Source of the DNA: a virus
Strand: one strand, 5' to 3'
Virus record (IMG/VR): IMGVR_UViG_3300032194_000381
Coordinates: 3,677-67,676 of that record
DNA: 64,000 nucleotides
The position numbers and the translations under genes were made by a program. Position 1 is the first letter of the stretch; every line of letters starts with the position of its first letter. The notes under the pieces were generated by a model. The model worked only from the letters and a program-made list of their open reading frames with translations. It did no database searches and had not been told where the DNA came from. This document shows positions 19,431-29,749 of the stretch, one piece after another.

Positions 19431-19540
19431 GCGGGGGCTGAGGAGAGTCCCCGCTTACAAATGTGGTCCAGAACTAAGGCGCTCAGGCCGCCTTAAGTTC
19501 CATCAATCGTAGACGGGGGTGAGAGCCCTCGTTTTTTTCT
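19431..19540 (+). ncRNA. candidate small RNA ending in an intrinsic terminator
   Basis: three tandem hairpins; last ACGGGGGT-GAGA-GCCCTCGT followed by T-run. Confidence 0.45.
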
Positions 19541-19635
19541 GCAGTTTTTCAGCCTTGTTCAAGATCTCAAGCGCCTCCTCACGACTCGTGCAGAGCTCTG
19601 CCTTGGTTTGAATCTTGGCGTACTTCTTGGAATAC

Positions 19636-19893
19636 TTAGCTGGTTTCATCGTTAAGAAAATTTTGTAGGGCTAATGTTTCGTATTGAACGAGACGCTTAC
19701 ACAACCCGCGAATGGCAGCCTGTCTTGCGGTAGCTACTTGGACAAGTTTCTTTGCAGCCTCACGCAACTCTTTCAAATCTGTCGCTGCGTCAATCTCTTG
19801 ATTTATTCGCGCCTCTAAAAACTCATCTTCAATAGTCTTCGACATATCCAACCCCTCAAACGGGATTTCAATGATCTCGAACTCGTCAGACAT
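19636..19893 (-). CDS. NblA-like protein (copy 1)
   Basis: TIEDEFLEARINQEIDAATDLKELREAAKKL..ARQAAIRGL, helix-loop-helix of NblA size. Confidence 0.45.
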   Translation of the reverse strand: MSDEFEIIEIPFEGLDMSKTIEDEFLEARINQEIDAATDLKELREAAKKLVQVATARQAAIRGLCKRLVQYETLALQNFLNDETS

Positions 19894-19978
19894 TGAGTTT
19901 TCACATAATCATCATTCTAACAATGAGTGCAATATGTAACACTCAGGTAGCGAAATAATCTTTATAAAATTTTCTCTA

Positions 19979-20006
19979 TTGACAGAACCCTGATGCTGTC
20001 TATCAT
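19979..20006 (+). promoter_or_regulatory. sigma70-type promoter
   Basis: TTGACA-N16-TATCAT upstream of ATG20028. Confidence 0.5.
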
Positions 20007-20027
20007 CTGAATACCTTACTTAGCTCC

Positions 20028-20165
20028 ATGGCAGCTCGGAAGTCGTTCAACAACGCCCAGACCGTCGAATCGACTCCTAAAAAAACGTCCATTGGGAACG
20101 GTCGACGCAAGCGCGGATCGTTCAAAGTCAAGGGACAAAAGCCCTATCGCGGCCAAGGAAAGTGA
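20028..20165 (+). CDS. small basic protein ending YRGQGK
   Basis: 45 aa; common cyanophage C-terminal motif. Confidence 0.6.
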   Translation: MAARKSFNNAQTVESTPKKTSIGNGRRKRGSFKVKGQKPYRGQGK

Positions 20166-20653
20166 ATCCGGAAGACTGCTTCACGCCCCTGCGGCAGAAA
20201 GCGGTAGAGATCACTGATTACATCCAGTGGCTGCTAGGTCAAAACCCCAGCTGGGAAGAGCACTTCAGCTTTCAAGCTGTCCCACTTCCCTCTGAATTCA
20301 TCAAGGTTGAGCCGGCACTTAGGGAGCTGGATCATATCTGGAAGATCGGCCGCCTCGGACTTCTCCGTGTCGAGGAAAACTCGGTCTATGACTGGCATAT
20401 TGACCAGTTCCGGCAATCCTGTGTGAACCTTCTGTTCAGCACAGAGAACAACAGTCACACACTTTTTGGGCGCCAACGCGACAGCCTGAACAAAGATGTG
20501 ATCGAGCTGGAGTATGAGCCCGAGACCTTCTACTTGTTCAACAACCAGGTGCCACACACGGTCATCAACCTCGACGGCCCTCGTTATCTCTTCTCCCTCT
20601 ACTTCGATCAGGAGAAGGATTATCTCTCCTTGCGAAACCTTTACAATGGCTGA
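20162..20653 (+). CDS. cupin / 2OG-Fe(II)-like oxygenase
   Basis: WHID ... NNQVPHTVIN..GPRY. Confidence 0.6.
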   Translation: MNPEDCFTPLRQKAVEITDYIQWLLGQNPSWEEHFSFQAVPLPSEFIKVEPALRELDHIWKIGRLGLLRVEENSVYDWHIDQFRQSCVNLLFSTENNSHTLFGRQRDSLNKDVIELEYEPETFYLFNNQVPHTVINLDGPRYLFSLYFDQEKDYLSLRNLYNG

Positions 20654-21248
20654 CCGCAAAACCTACAAAGAAATCCTTGAAGATCAGAAGATGATCGAGG
20701 ATCTCATTGACCTGCCGCACATCGATGAGGAGGAACGGCAGGAGCTTGCAGCGCTTTGGAAGGATCTGAAGAGCCGTGAAGCCTACAAGTTTGACGCGAT
20801 CATCAGCGTAATCAAAGAGTGTGATAACTGCATTGATCAGTTTACAAAAGAGCTCGATGATTTGCGAGATAATGTTGACTACTGGAAGACCAAACGCAAG
20901 AGGGTTATTAACATTATTAAGGCAGCATATCAAAGTCAATTGATAAGCTCGAAGCCGACTGGACTTAAGTATCAAGCCACGATCAAAAACGTCCTGCCTA
21001 AAGTAGAAGAAAATTTTGAGGACTGGACTGAAGCTGAAAAGCGTAAGTTTGGCATCAAGAAGACAGTAACCGTGGAGACGGTTCGTGATGGTGAGGTGAT
21101 CAAAAAACGTGAAGACGTGTATGCCGACAAGGAAGAATTGCGTCAGACTCTAATGCAAACTCCCTCTGAGGCCCCAGATGCCGCAAGGCTTGTCAGGAGA
21201 GTCTCACTTTCCTACGGTCTTCGTAAACGTTTGCAAAAAGGTGTCTGA
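20646..21248 (+). CDS. Siphovirus Gp157-like coiled-coil protein
   Basis: KFDAIISVIKE coiled coil, DKEELRQTL, ARLV. Confidence 0.55.
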   Translation: MADRKTYKEILEDQKMIEDLIDLPHIDEEERQELAALWKDLKSREAYKFDAIISVIKECDNCIDQFTKELDDLRDNVDYWKTKRKRVINIIKAAYQSQLISSKPTGLKYQATIKNVLPKVEENFEDWTEAEKRKFGIKKTVTVETVRDGEVIKKREDVYADKEELRQTLMQTPSEAPDAARLVRRVSLSYGLRKRLQKGV

Positions 21249-21254
21249 CCACAC

Positions 21255-21542
21255 TTGACCTTACTTGGGCGGTCGATAATCTTAGGTCGTCCAAGCAATC
21301 CCCTCTTGCCCTTCCTTCGCTGCACAAAGCTCTCAGGCAACAAGTACGAAGCCGAACTCAAGTGTGAGTATGACTTTGACAAAGACATCAAAAAAAGATG
21401 GTGCATCACTCTCGACAGAGAAAGCATCCTCGAAATCCCAACCGACCTTATGGAACGACTTGGTTGGAAGGATGATGATGTCCTGGAGTTTTTCGATACT
21501 GGGGTTGAGGAATTTCTTCTAGTTAAAATTGTAAAGTCATGA
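21255..21542 (+). CDS. AbrB/MazE-like DNA-binding protein
   Basis: ILEIPTDLMERLGWKDDDVLEF; start uncertain. Confidence 0.55.
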   Translation: MTLLGRSIILGRPSNPLLPFLRCTKLSGNKYEAELKCEYDFDKDIKKRWCITLDRESILEIPTDLMERLGWKDDDVLEFFDTGVEEFLLVKIVKS

Positions 21543-21898
21543 AACCAGAACAACGTCAGTCTTACCGCGACATGATTGAAGCGGCAGCCAACGCTCAGAA
21601 GTCAGAGCTCTCCTGGGTCAGTAACTTGTACCAGAAAAGGCTGAATCAATTACAAGAGCAAAGTCAAAACTATGAGCAATGGTTACAATCTCGAAATGAG
21701 CACGCTTGATGACGGATGCGTGCATGTCTGTTTGACAGAGGACGGATTCACTGCGTGCGCCATAGTCAGTTCAATGCATCTGGCCGCCGATAAAGAAAGG
21801 CAGCTGCGTGCATCGATTCAGAAGCAAGCGCTCAATGCGATGTTTGAGTGATTCAGGATTAGGGTAATTAAGCTTGTCCCGTTGTTGCATCCTCAAGA

Positions 21899-22165
21899 AT
21901 GAGGCAAGCTAAAAAGTTTAAGTATCGCGGCGAAAAGTCTGAGATCCTTGATTCAATCATCTACGAAGACTACGAGATCAAAAGTCTGAAGCACGGGAAC
22001 ACTGGACACATTTTATATAAGTTTCCTAGTAAGGCACATGACTGGGAACTTTGTTGGACCATGGACCTGCAGACAGCTAAATCAGGCGTGCAAAAGTACT
22101 TGGCACGACAAGAAAAGAGTGCGGGTCCTGAGAGTAAGAACCCCGTAGAATCTAAACTTAGTTAG
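21899..22165 (+). CDS. hypothetical protein
   Basis: 88-aa ORF. Confidence 0.55.
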   Translation: MRQAKKFKYRGEKSEILDSIIYEDYEIKSLKHGNTGHILYKFPSKAHDWELCWTMDLQTAKSGVQKYLARQEKSAGPESKNPVESKLS

Positions 22166-22179
22166 GTTTAGGCGAGAAA

Positions 22180-22440
22180 GTGGTACGTCCGGTGATGACA
22201 GATCTCATGGATGACCTAGCAATGGGCATTCATGAATATCTCTTAGAAATCTCGACGGAGTACGCCGAGAGCAATTTCGTGCTGATCCCCATTACCGAGG
22301 TTGTCAAAAAATTCGGACGTAATCATCGAACCATTCAGCGACGCATTCAAGCGTTAAAAGATGAGGGAATCCTTGTCCCTGTGATTAAACGCCAGACCAT
22401 CACCCTTTATGAAGTCAAAGATCTGGAGGATCAGGCATGA
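22180..22440 (+). CDS. winged-helix DNA-binding protein
   Basis: ITEVVKKFGRNHRTIQRRIQALKDEGIL. Confidence 0.7.
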   Translation: MVRPVMTDLMDDLAMGIHEYLLEISTEYAESNFVLIPITEVVKKFGRNHRTIQRRIQALKDEGILVPVIKRQTITLYEVKDLEDQA

Positions 22441-22742
22441 GCGATCAATCCAATAGTGAAAGAAATCTGGAGATCATCAACTTTTTGCTCTCCTCTTTCA
22501 CCGACAACGGGAAGTCTCTGCGTGCATTCACGCCGAACCCACAAGAACTGACGATAACCATTCTGACAGCTGGGTTGTTGGCGAACAGCAAGCTAATGAT
22601 CAGCCCTGAAGATGCCATCAAATCGGCTTTTAATATCCATTCTAGGATTCAAAAGCACGTTTCTGAATACCAATCTTTGCAGTTCCAAGCTAACATCGAA
22701 GATTGCTTCCAAGAAAAGCCACCCGAAACCGAGCACTATTGA
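22437..22742 (+). CDS. hypothetical protein
   Basis: 101-aa ORF coupled to wHTH gene. Confidence 0.6.
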   Translation: MSDQSNSERNLEIINFLLSSFTDNGKSLRAFTPNPQELTITILTAGLLANSKLMISPEDAIKSAFNIHSRIQKHVSEYQSLQFQANIEDCFQEKPPETEHY

Positions 22743-22794
22743 GGTCGGTTCGTAGATTTAGGACCCGTATTCTCCTGAGATCTGCAATAGTCGA

Positions 22795-23613
22795 TTGTTC
22801 GATTATCGATCTGAGGGTGATACACGACTCACTATCAATGGGTCACGTCACTACAAAACACCGTATGGTGCCCTGCCTTCAGTAACGACAATCCTGTCTG
22901 CGACTGGAGGAAATAAGGCTGCGCTTGAACGTTGGGCCAAGAAAAATCCGGGTGGACGAGAAGCTGCAGCTGCCCGGGGAACGAAAGTTCACTCATTGAT
23001 GGAGGAGTTTTTGCTCGGAATTGAGCGTAATCCTGTCATCGATGACCCTGAGATCGCCTCTTTCTGGGAGGGTCTGCCCCAAAATCTTGAGAAGCTAGAG
23101 AACGTAATTTGGGCTGAAAATCCAGCCAAGGCAGGCGATTTTGGCTGGACGATGGGCGGCGACGGCATCTCGAGGGTATGGCATCCCGGCGTGAACGAAG
23201 AGGAAAACTGGGGCTGGGCCGGTGCACCCGACATCGTTGCTGAGTACAAGGGCAAAATCGTATTAGGTGACCTAAAAACAAGCAACGGTCCCTACTATTC
23301 AAAGTGGCCTGGACCTGAAACTCCGAAAAATCAGTACGGCATGCGCCGTGCAGGATTTATGAAGTATCAAAAGTGCCAACTCCAGCTGGCTGCGTATGCC
23401 CTGGGCCTCGAGCACACGGTCAACATCAAGCCTGAGCTCTGTATGACATTCGTCGCAACTCGGGAGACCGTTCAGGTGTTTGCCATTCAGGCAGGAACCA
23501 TCGAGAAGTACAAGCAGAAGTGGTTGAGCACAGTAGAGAAGTACTACTCAGAGATTCTTCCGGCTCAAAAAGCAGCTGAGCTTGAAATGGAAGCAGTTTC
23601 TGAAGACGGATAA
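22795..23613 (+). CDS. PD-(D/E)XK exonuclease
   Basis: PSVTTIL, RGTKVH, AGAPD...DLKTS, QLAAYA. Confidence 0.85.
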   Translation: MFDYRSEGDTRLTINGSRHYKTPYGALPSVTTILSATGGNKAALERWAKKNPGGREAAAARGTKVHSLMEEFLLGIERNPVIDDPEIASFWEGLPQNLEKLENVIWAENPAKAGDFGWTMGGDGISRVWHPGVNEEENWGWAGAPDIVAEYKGKIVLGDLKTSNGPYYSKWPGPETPKNQYGMRRAGFMKYQKCQLQLAAYALGLEHTVNIKPELCMTFVATRETVQVFAIQAGTIEKYKQKWLSTVEKYYSEILPAQKAAELEMEAVSEDG

Positions 23614-23762
23614 CGCACAAAAACGGGATGTCAAGTACAAATGCATCCCGCGTAAATTAATGTAAACCTATACAGAAATCGGAAAATAAACGGACGAGAG
23701 GTTTTCACACCAGTCCTGCGTGACTACCCTTTGCCCGGAGCAAAAACCGCACAATATAGCAA

Positions 23763-26399
23763 GTGACCAACGCCGCTCCTGAACCCAAGAAACCGCACCT
23801 TCACATCGCTCCGGGTGAAATAAACCTGGAATTGATACCCCAAGACTGGGCACTTACGCCGCTTCGTGGTAAGCGGGCGTACACCCCTGGTTGGACGTCA
23901 ACGCCCTTCAGCCTTGACGAAATCAAAAAAGAATTTGAAGAAGGTAGGGCGACTGGCGTTGGGCTCATGTCCGGCCAATGGTCGAACGAAGGCGGCCTGA
24001 TTTGGGTTGATATTGATGGTCCAGATGCAATCCCTGCCCTCGAAGAACGTGCAGGTGGACCGCTCGACTCTATCTTCCCCAGCACGCTGACAATTTCTTC
24101 TGGTAAGGAAGGACGTCAACGGATGCTTTTCAGCGTCCCAAGTTCCAAGATCTCACTGCTGCCCGACAAGGCAACAATTAAGATCGGGGTCCCTTCATTC
24201 GAGATCCTTTTCCGTTCTCGTCAGGGCGCAATCATGGGCGTCCACCCTGACACTGACGGCTACTACACAACCACTCACGGCGGCTTCGAACACGCCAAGA
24301 ACCCCCCTGAGCTGCCTCAGTGGCTGTACGACGAGATCCAGAAGGCATTCCCTACAAACAAGTACCGGAAGCCTGTCACAAACGGCGTAGTCACCCAGAA
24401 CATTAATCTCAACTACGAGGAAGGTTCTGTATTTCAGCAAGAGCAATCGATTGCTGAAGCAAAGATCTACCTCGAGTATCTGAGCCTCGACCGAGCAACA
24501 GATTACGAGGAGTGGGTTGCAGTCGGAATGTGTCTACACCAAGTCGACGACTCACTTCTCGAGGACTGGGTCGTGTGGTCTGAGAAGGCTCCTAATTTTG
24601 AAGAAGGTGTCTGCGAAGAGAAGTGGCGTTCCTTCGAGCGGCTACCGGGTGGACCGAGTCCCGAAGGTTCACGTGGATTGCATTCGCTCAGGGCTAAGGC
24701 GAAGGAAGATGGATATATAGAACTTGGGAATTATGTCGTCGAGTCTCCTGAGGCTCTCGTCAAAAAAGCTCAAGAATATTTCACCGATAAACAAGACGAT
24801 ATGTCAGAGCAGGAAACGGTAGAAGCCGTGTTCGAAAGCCTCATGGGCTTGCCGGATAACAGTATGCGTGCCGAAATTCAGGAACGGAAGAAGCGGGAAC
24901 GGCGACCCAAAAACCCCCCTAGCTCTGAACTTGCGGAATTCGCTACCGAAATGGTCATCCAATGCGGGTGGCGCTTCGATCCGAAGTACGAAGTCTTCAT
25001 GTTCTACCAGCAGAGCAAAGGTGTCTGGCGGCGTGAGGAGTACAAGCACGAGTACAAACACTTCATCCAAGACTTGTTCGTTCGTGAGCGCATCCCCCTC
25101 CCCGGCGGATTCAATAACACCCTACTGAATGATGTTGTCAGCCTGACCCAGGCCTACATTGCCCACACTTACTGGGATGACGACGATGATCGTCTGGCCT
25201 TCACGAATGGTGTGCTTGAGATCTCTACAGGTGAATTCCTAGAGCACAGCCCTGAGCATTACATAACCTGGGGTCTGGACTTCGATTACGACCCTCATGC
25301 TGATCCCGGACCCATCATCGAGTGGCTGACTCGTACTCAGTACGGTGACACCGACCGTGTGCAAGTACTGCGTGCATGGCTGAAAGCATGTCTGGTTGGC
25401 CAGGGTCACGAAATCCAGCGATTCCTGGAAGTGATCGGACCCGGCGGACGCGGCAAATCAACCTTCGCAAACCTGTGTTGTGCCCTTGTCGGTGCAAGAA
25501 ACTACGCCAGCACCACGTTGAACCAGCTCGAGCAATCCCGTTTTGAGGTGGCATCAATCAAGGGCAAGCGTCTGACTCTGATCAATGACTCCGAGCGATA
25601 CGGCGGATCAGCTCAGATCTTCAAGGCCCTGACAGGCGGTGACAACCTCCGTTTTGAGGAGAAGAATAAAAACGTGGGCGAACCCTTCGTCTACACCGGG
25701 ATGGTCATGGTTTGCGCCAACGAACCAATCCAGACCACCGACAACACCTCCGGACTGACGCGTCGTCGTCTGACGATTGAATTCAACCGGCCTCTCTACA
25801 ACAAGAACTCTGAGGCCAAAGAGATGATCAAGGTCGACAACGGAGTCATAAAAGGCTTATGGAAGCATTGTTTACCCGGCTTAGTGAACTGGGTTCTGCA
25901 GATGACTGATGCTGAGATGCGTCGATATCTCCTCGACACGTACGAGATGGTTCCTTCGCTGAAGCGTGTCAGAAACGAGATCATGCTCAACAGCAACAAC
26001 CTCGTCGAATGGCTTCAGTCAGAAGTGATTCTCTGTGAAAAAGCTGTCACACCCGTCGGCAAAAAGATCCCCGCCGCGAAGGATGCACAAGAGCGGTATT
26101 GTAACAGCAACTTCCACCTTTATGCGAGTTACGCGTCCTATTGTGAAGATACGGGATCGAAGCCCGTCGGACAGAAACGTTTCATCGCGCTTCTTCTTGA
26201 CTGCTGCAAGAACCAGCTCGGAAATGACACTGTCACAGGTTTCTCAAAGCTTGGAAAGCCCTACCTGAAAGGGATTGCACTCCGCAATTCTGATCAGAAG
26301 TTTAAGGACACTCCAACAATTCTCCCGGAAAACCGCAAACAGGAGTCTCATGGACAGCCATCAGAAGGAGAACTGGGCGAAGATCTACAAGCATCTTGA
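23763..26399 (+). CDS. primase-helicase (PrimPol + PriCT-2 + D5_N + SF3 helicase)
   Basis: WVDID primase motif, YEEWVAVGMCL PriCT-2, FTNGVL D5_N, Walker A GPGGRGKST. Confidence 0.9.
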   Translation: MTNAAPEPKKPHLHIAPGEINLELIPQDWALTPLRGKRAYTPGWTSTPFSLDEIKKEFEEGRATGVGLMSGQWSNEGGLIWVDIDGPDAIPALEERAGGPLDSIFPSTLTISSGKEGRQRMLFSVPSSKISLLPDKATIKIGVPSFEILFRSRQGAIMGVHPDTDGYYTTTHGGFEHAKNPPELPQWLYDEIQKAFPTNKYRKPVTNGVVTQNINLNYEEGSVFQQEQSIAEAKIYLEYLSLDRATDYEEWVAVGMCLHQVDDSLLEDWVVWSEKAPNFEEGVCEEKWRSFERLPGGPSPEGSRGLHSLRAKAKEDGYIELGNYVVESPEALVKKAQEYFTDKQDDMSEQETVEAVFESLMGLPDNSMRAEIQERKKRERRPKNPPSSELAEFATEMVIQCGWRFDPKYEVFMFYQQSKGVWRREEYKHEYKHFIQDLFVRERIPLPGGFNNTLLNDVVSLTQAYIAHTYWDDDDDRLAFTNGVLEISTGEFLEHSPEHYITWGLDFDYDPHADPGPIIEWLTRTQYGDTDRVQVLRAWLKACLVGQGHEIQRFLEVIGPGGRGKSTFANLCCALVGARNYASTTLNQLEQSRFEVASIKGKRLTLINDSERYGGSAQIFKALTGGDNLRFEEKNKNVGEPFVYTGMVMVCANEPIQTTDNTSGLTRRRLTIEFNRPLYNKNSEAKEMIKVDNGVIKGLWKHCLPGLVNWVLQMTDAEMRRYLLDTYEMVPSLKRVRNEIMLNSNNLVEWLQSEVILCEKAVTPVGKKIPAAKDAQERYCNSNFHLYASYASYCEDTGSKPVGQKRFIALLLDCCKNQLGNDTVTGFSKLGKPYLKGIALRNSDQKFKDTPTILPENRKQESHGQPSEGELGEDLQAS

Positions 26400-26889
26400 G
26401 GAGGTCGGGGCGACCAATAACGACTTCTACATCAGAGCGAAAGCGATCACAGAAGGGAAAAAAGACCCGATTCAGGTGATCGCTCCGCTGACCAAGATTG
26501 AAAACCCTGAGTGATGAACCTCGAACAATGCGAGGTAACCATGAAACTCAACGGCCGGGCAGTCAAAATGATTTTTGACCTGCTGGTAGAGGAATGTAAA
26601 AACTGGCCAGGTGGGCGCCCGGTTGAACAGGAAAACCTGCAGATACTAAAAAATGCCTTCTATCGGGCATACATGGACTGTGTCTTCTCCACGGGAGACA
26701 GTGAGTCATGAGCTGGCATCCTCACGACGACGAAGAAGACGCTACAGCTAACGACTGTAATTACAACTTTCCTCAGGTCCTCTTCGCTTTCATACTCGGC
26801 TTCACCTGCATGTTTGTCTTAGCAGTCGACGAGATCCAAGACTTCAAGGGCTGCCCGTTGAACGAGAAACCCTTGAAATGGCGGGGTGA

Positions 26890-27189
26890 CTAGACCTTTT
26901 TAAGGCGTCCCAAGCGACGCAATAACTCGTCTCTTCTCTGCAAATAACCAGGGAACATGCTCTCTGTCGCAGGGCCAACCATGCCTTGAGGAATCTCAGG
27001 TCCCATTGCAGGCATATCGGTTGACTGCACTTGTGCAATCTCAGGACCACCAAGCACTTGCTGTGATTCGTAAGACAGAGCGCGAGGCGGTTGACCCGTC
27101 ACTTGCTCCGAAATCATACCTTTTTTCTTCATGAAGCCCTGAAGAAAAGCGCCGTTAGCCATCACGGTTGGAAAATCGTTGTCACCCAT
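26890..27189 (-). CDS. low-complexity protein (AFLQGFM motif)
   Basis: 99 aa, G/P/M/Q-rich. Confidence 0.55.
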   Translation of the reverse strand: MGDNDFPTVMANGAFLQGFMKKKGMISEQVTGQPPRALSYESQQVLGGPEIAQVQSTDMPAMGPEIPQGMVGPATESMFPGYLQRRDELLRRLGRLKKV

Positions 27190-27191
27190 AA

Positions 27192-27449
27192 TTAAAGACC
27201 TAATTGCTTCTTAATTTCCATGCCACTCTTCAGATAGGCTGCCAAGAAATCTTTACCGGGCTCTTGTGAAACGGCGTTCATGGGGTTGGTTTTCTCAGCC
27301 GCTTTCATATTGGCCTCAGCGTAAGGAGCGCTGACAGCCTGTCCCTGTGTGGCATAACCACCGGGAAGCTTCTCCTGGCGACGGGGATCACCAAGATCAC
27401 TATTCATATCGAGCCCTTGGGCATCGAACCCTGCTGGGTTGTACATCAT
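27192..27449 (-). CDS. low-complexity protein (DFLAAYL motif)
   Basis: 85 aa. Confidence 0.55.
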   Translation of the reverse strand: MMYNPAGFDAQGLDMNSDLGDPRRQEKLPGGYATQGQAVSAPYAEANMKAAEKTNPMNAVSQEPGKDFLAAYLKSGMEIKKQLGL

Positions 27450-28051
27450 CGGAATCCTCCTTGAATAAATTTGATGCGCTCCATGGGAGACATTTCAACA
27501 GTGGCTTCTTCCTCGAGAGGCACCGCTTTGCCCCCGACGGTGGCCATACCTTTGGCCTCACGTTTTTGTAGCAAGCGAAGAGCTAAATCAGGATTTGCCT
27601 GAGCCCATTGTCCCATCGCTGAACCCTCGCCTCCAAAAGCCGCAGTCAAACCTTCTTTCTCTAGCGCACCGACTGCTTTTTGTGCTGAATAGTAATCTTT
27701 AAGAGATTGAGGTGTAGTTCCGGGAGCCTTTTTTTCGAAAGCTAATTTTCGCGTCTCATCAGAAACTTGAATAGGTGAAGGCTCAACGCTCGAAGCTTCA
27801 GGTTCAATCATCTCTCTATCTCTGTCTCCCGGACGCATTCCCGTTTCGAAATTCGTACCACCAGGAAGCGCCGTGAAATCAGTTCCACCGAATAAACTCA
27901 TGCCTGATTCACCTTTTGTTCGCCCTCTCTTTGCATAATTTTTAGCGAAATCAATCGCCGGGGGCAGAACAGTTGCACCGAGACCTAGTGCCGCAAGTCC
28001 CGTAGAAATTGCCTTTGCTCCGTATAAAGCAGGTAGAACAAAAGGTAGCAT
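27446..28051 (-). CDS. hypothetical protein, possibly virion-internal
   Basis: ATG28051 MLPFVLPALYG...; G/A-rich; WAQANPDLA. Confidence 0.6.
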   Translation of the reverse strand: MLPFVLPALYGAKAISTGLAALGLGATVLPPAIDFAKNYAKRGRTKGESGMSLFGGTDFTALPGGTNFETGMRPGDRDREMIEPEASSVEPSPIQVSDETRKLAFEKKAPGTTPQSLKDYYSAQKAVGALEKEGLTAAFGGEGSAMGQWAQANPDLALRLLQKREAKGMATVGGKAVPLEEEATVEMSPMERIKFIQGGFR

Positions 28052-28400
28052 TTTAGCTAACTGTACAAAAATATCCTTTCTACAATAGTAACACCGACCA
28101 GCAAATCGATGGAACACATCAAAACTTTCCCGAAAGGTTCCACTGTTGTGTTACTCAATCGAGGGTTCAATCGCAAGGAATACAGAACATGTTCTCCAGG
28201 AGGAGGTTTGTGTACCTACAACGCATGTATTGACCGAGCTATGAACTTTGCTCAGGTATATGAAGACTATTACAACCACAAGCCCAGCAAAACGTTCGAT
28301 TTTGATATCAATTTATAGAGAGGGGAGGCGCGAGAGAGTCCGAAGAGCGCTCGAAACCCACTGCGGCACAATGGTTTTGGTCGGTGGTCTACCAAACACT

Positions 28401-28526
28401 ATTTTAGAGCCGGCTTTTCATTTAGACGTATAGGAAGGGGGTCTAGGTGAGTGTGAGATAAAAAATGAACGCACAATGACCTAGGCCCCCTCTCTATAGA
28501 AAGAAGTAAAAAGGACGTTCTAAAAT
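28401..28526 (+). ncRNA. long imperfect rod hairpin (RNA or DNA cis element)
   Basis: ATTTTAGAGC/GTTCTAAAAT, TATAG..GGGGGTCTAGGT/ACCTAGGCCCCC..CTATA, GTGTG/CGCAC. Confidence 0.45.
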
Positions 28527-28534
28527 CATGTCTG

Positions 28535-29749
28535 GTGTTCCACGGCAAACTCGTTGACGCAATGGGGGTTTCACCTTACCGTTCTGGTCAAACCCTGACT
28601 CCCCTAATGAAAACCCTCGAATTCTTCCGCGACAACGGCCTGATCGCTCCTGATGCAGTCGTCTTCGCGAAGGCATTTCAAGTTTTCATGCGGTTCGCTG
28701 GTAAGGGCGCCTGTTGGGACCTGAAGAAGTCAAGGCACCGAATCTTCTCTGGCTTCATCAACAGCAAACGCAACCATCTGTTTTACAAAACGATGGACGC
28801 CAGGCCTTTCTTGTTGGCGATGATTGGTCAGTTTCCTGAAGCAGGTAAATCTGTGATCGTCAGGAGGCATACTTGTGTCTGTAAATACTGCTTGAATCCG
28901 ACGCACTACTACTACGGGACGAAAGCTGACGTTCGCATGGAAACAAACCAAAGAAACGGAGATGTGCTTACGCCGGAACTCGTCGATCTAATTAGAGGAG
29001 CTGACGAAGGTCTCTCGAGTAAGGCAGTATCAAAGCGTTTTAATGTTTCCTACCAAAGGGTGCGGAAAATCCGTTTAGGGCAAACTTTTGAGGCCGTGCA
29101 GGACCAGACGGATGCACCTACCCTTCGGGAGGGTTGGAACACGCTCGAAAAGGTTCTCCATCACCTTGCTTCGAGTCATCCCCAAGAAGTCCGTCGTTAT
29201 GAGCTCGACTTCCACATGACAAGCGAAATGGAGTGCCCCTGGCACCGCAACGGGACCAAGGAACACAAAGGCCGGTTCGGGCACATGGGTGAGTGCCTGG
29301 ACTGCCTCGAGGAGCTCAAGCAGGGCAAGTGCACTGTCGACGTCACTCAGTTCGACTATCGCTGGTACTGGACCGTAAAGCGCTTCTGGGACCAGGTTGA
29401 TGTTCGTGGGGAAGACGAGTGTTGGCCCTGGCTAGGGGCCACGAAGAAAGGAGCGTCTGAGTCAGTCGCTTACTGTCCATCACCGGTCCACTCTGGCGCC
29501 ACTCAATCAGCGATGCGGGTTGCGTTCTGGCTGAGTCGAGGTTTTGTAGGCAAGTACAGGATTCACACCAGGAAAACATGTGAAAAGTTCTGCTGTAATC
29601 CACTGCACTTAGAAGCACGTGGACTTGACGATGTACCTGTGCCTTCTAAAATTGAGAACATTCAGTTGAACTATGTCAACATCTTCGAGCACTTCAAAAA
29701 AGCCGGCATCCAAGACGGCGATGATAGTCCCGAGTCACTACCATCTTGA
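28535..29749 (+). CDS. Zn-binding protein with two degenerate HNH domains and an HTH
   Basis: RHTCVCKYCLNPTH; HTH SKAVSKRFNVSYQRVRKIR; RFWDQVD...CWPWLGA...CEKFCCNPLHL; start may be downstream. Confidence 0.7.
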   Translation: MFHGKLVDAMGVSPYRSGQTLTPLMKTLEFFRDNGLIAPDAVVFAKAFQVFMRFAGKGACWDLKKSRHRIFSGFINSKRNHLFYKTMDARPFLLAMIGQFPEAGKSVIVRRHTCVCKYCLNPTHYYYGTKADVRMETNQRNGDVLTPELVDLIRGADEGLSSKAVSKRFNVSYQRVRKIRLGQTFEAVQDQTDAPTLREGWNTLEKVLHHLASSHPQEVRRYELDFHMTSEMECPWHRNGTKEHKGRFGHMGECLDCLEELKQGKCTVDVTQFDYRWYWTVKRFWDQVDVRGEDECWPWLGATKKGASESVAYCPSPVHSGATQSAMRVAFWLSRGFVGKYRIHTRKTCEKFCCNPLHLEARGLDDVPVPSKIENIQLNYVNIFEHFKKAGIQDGDDSPESLPS

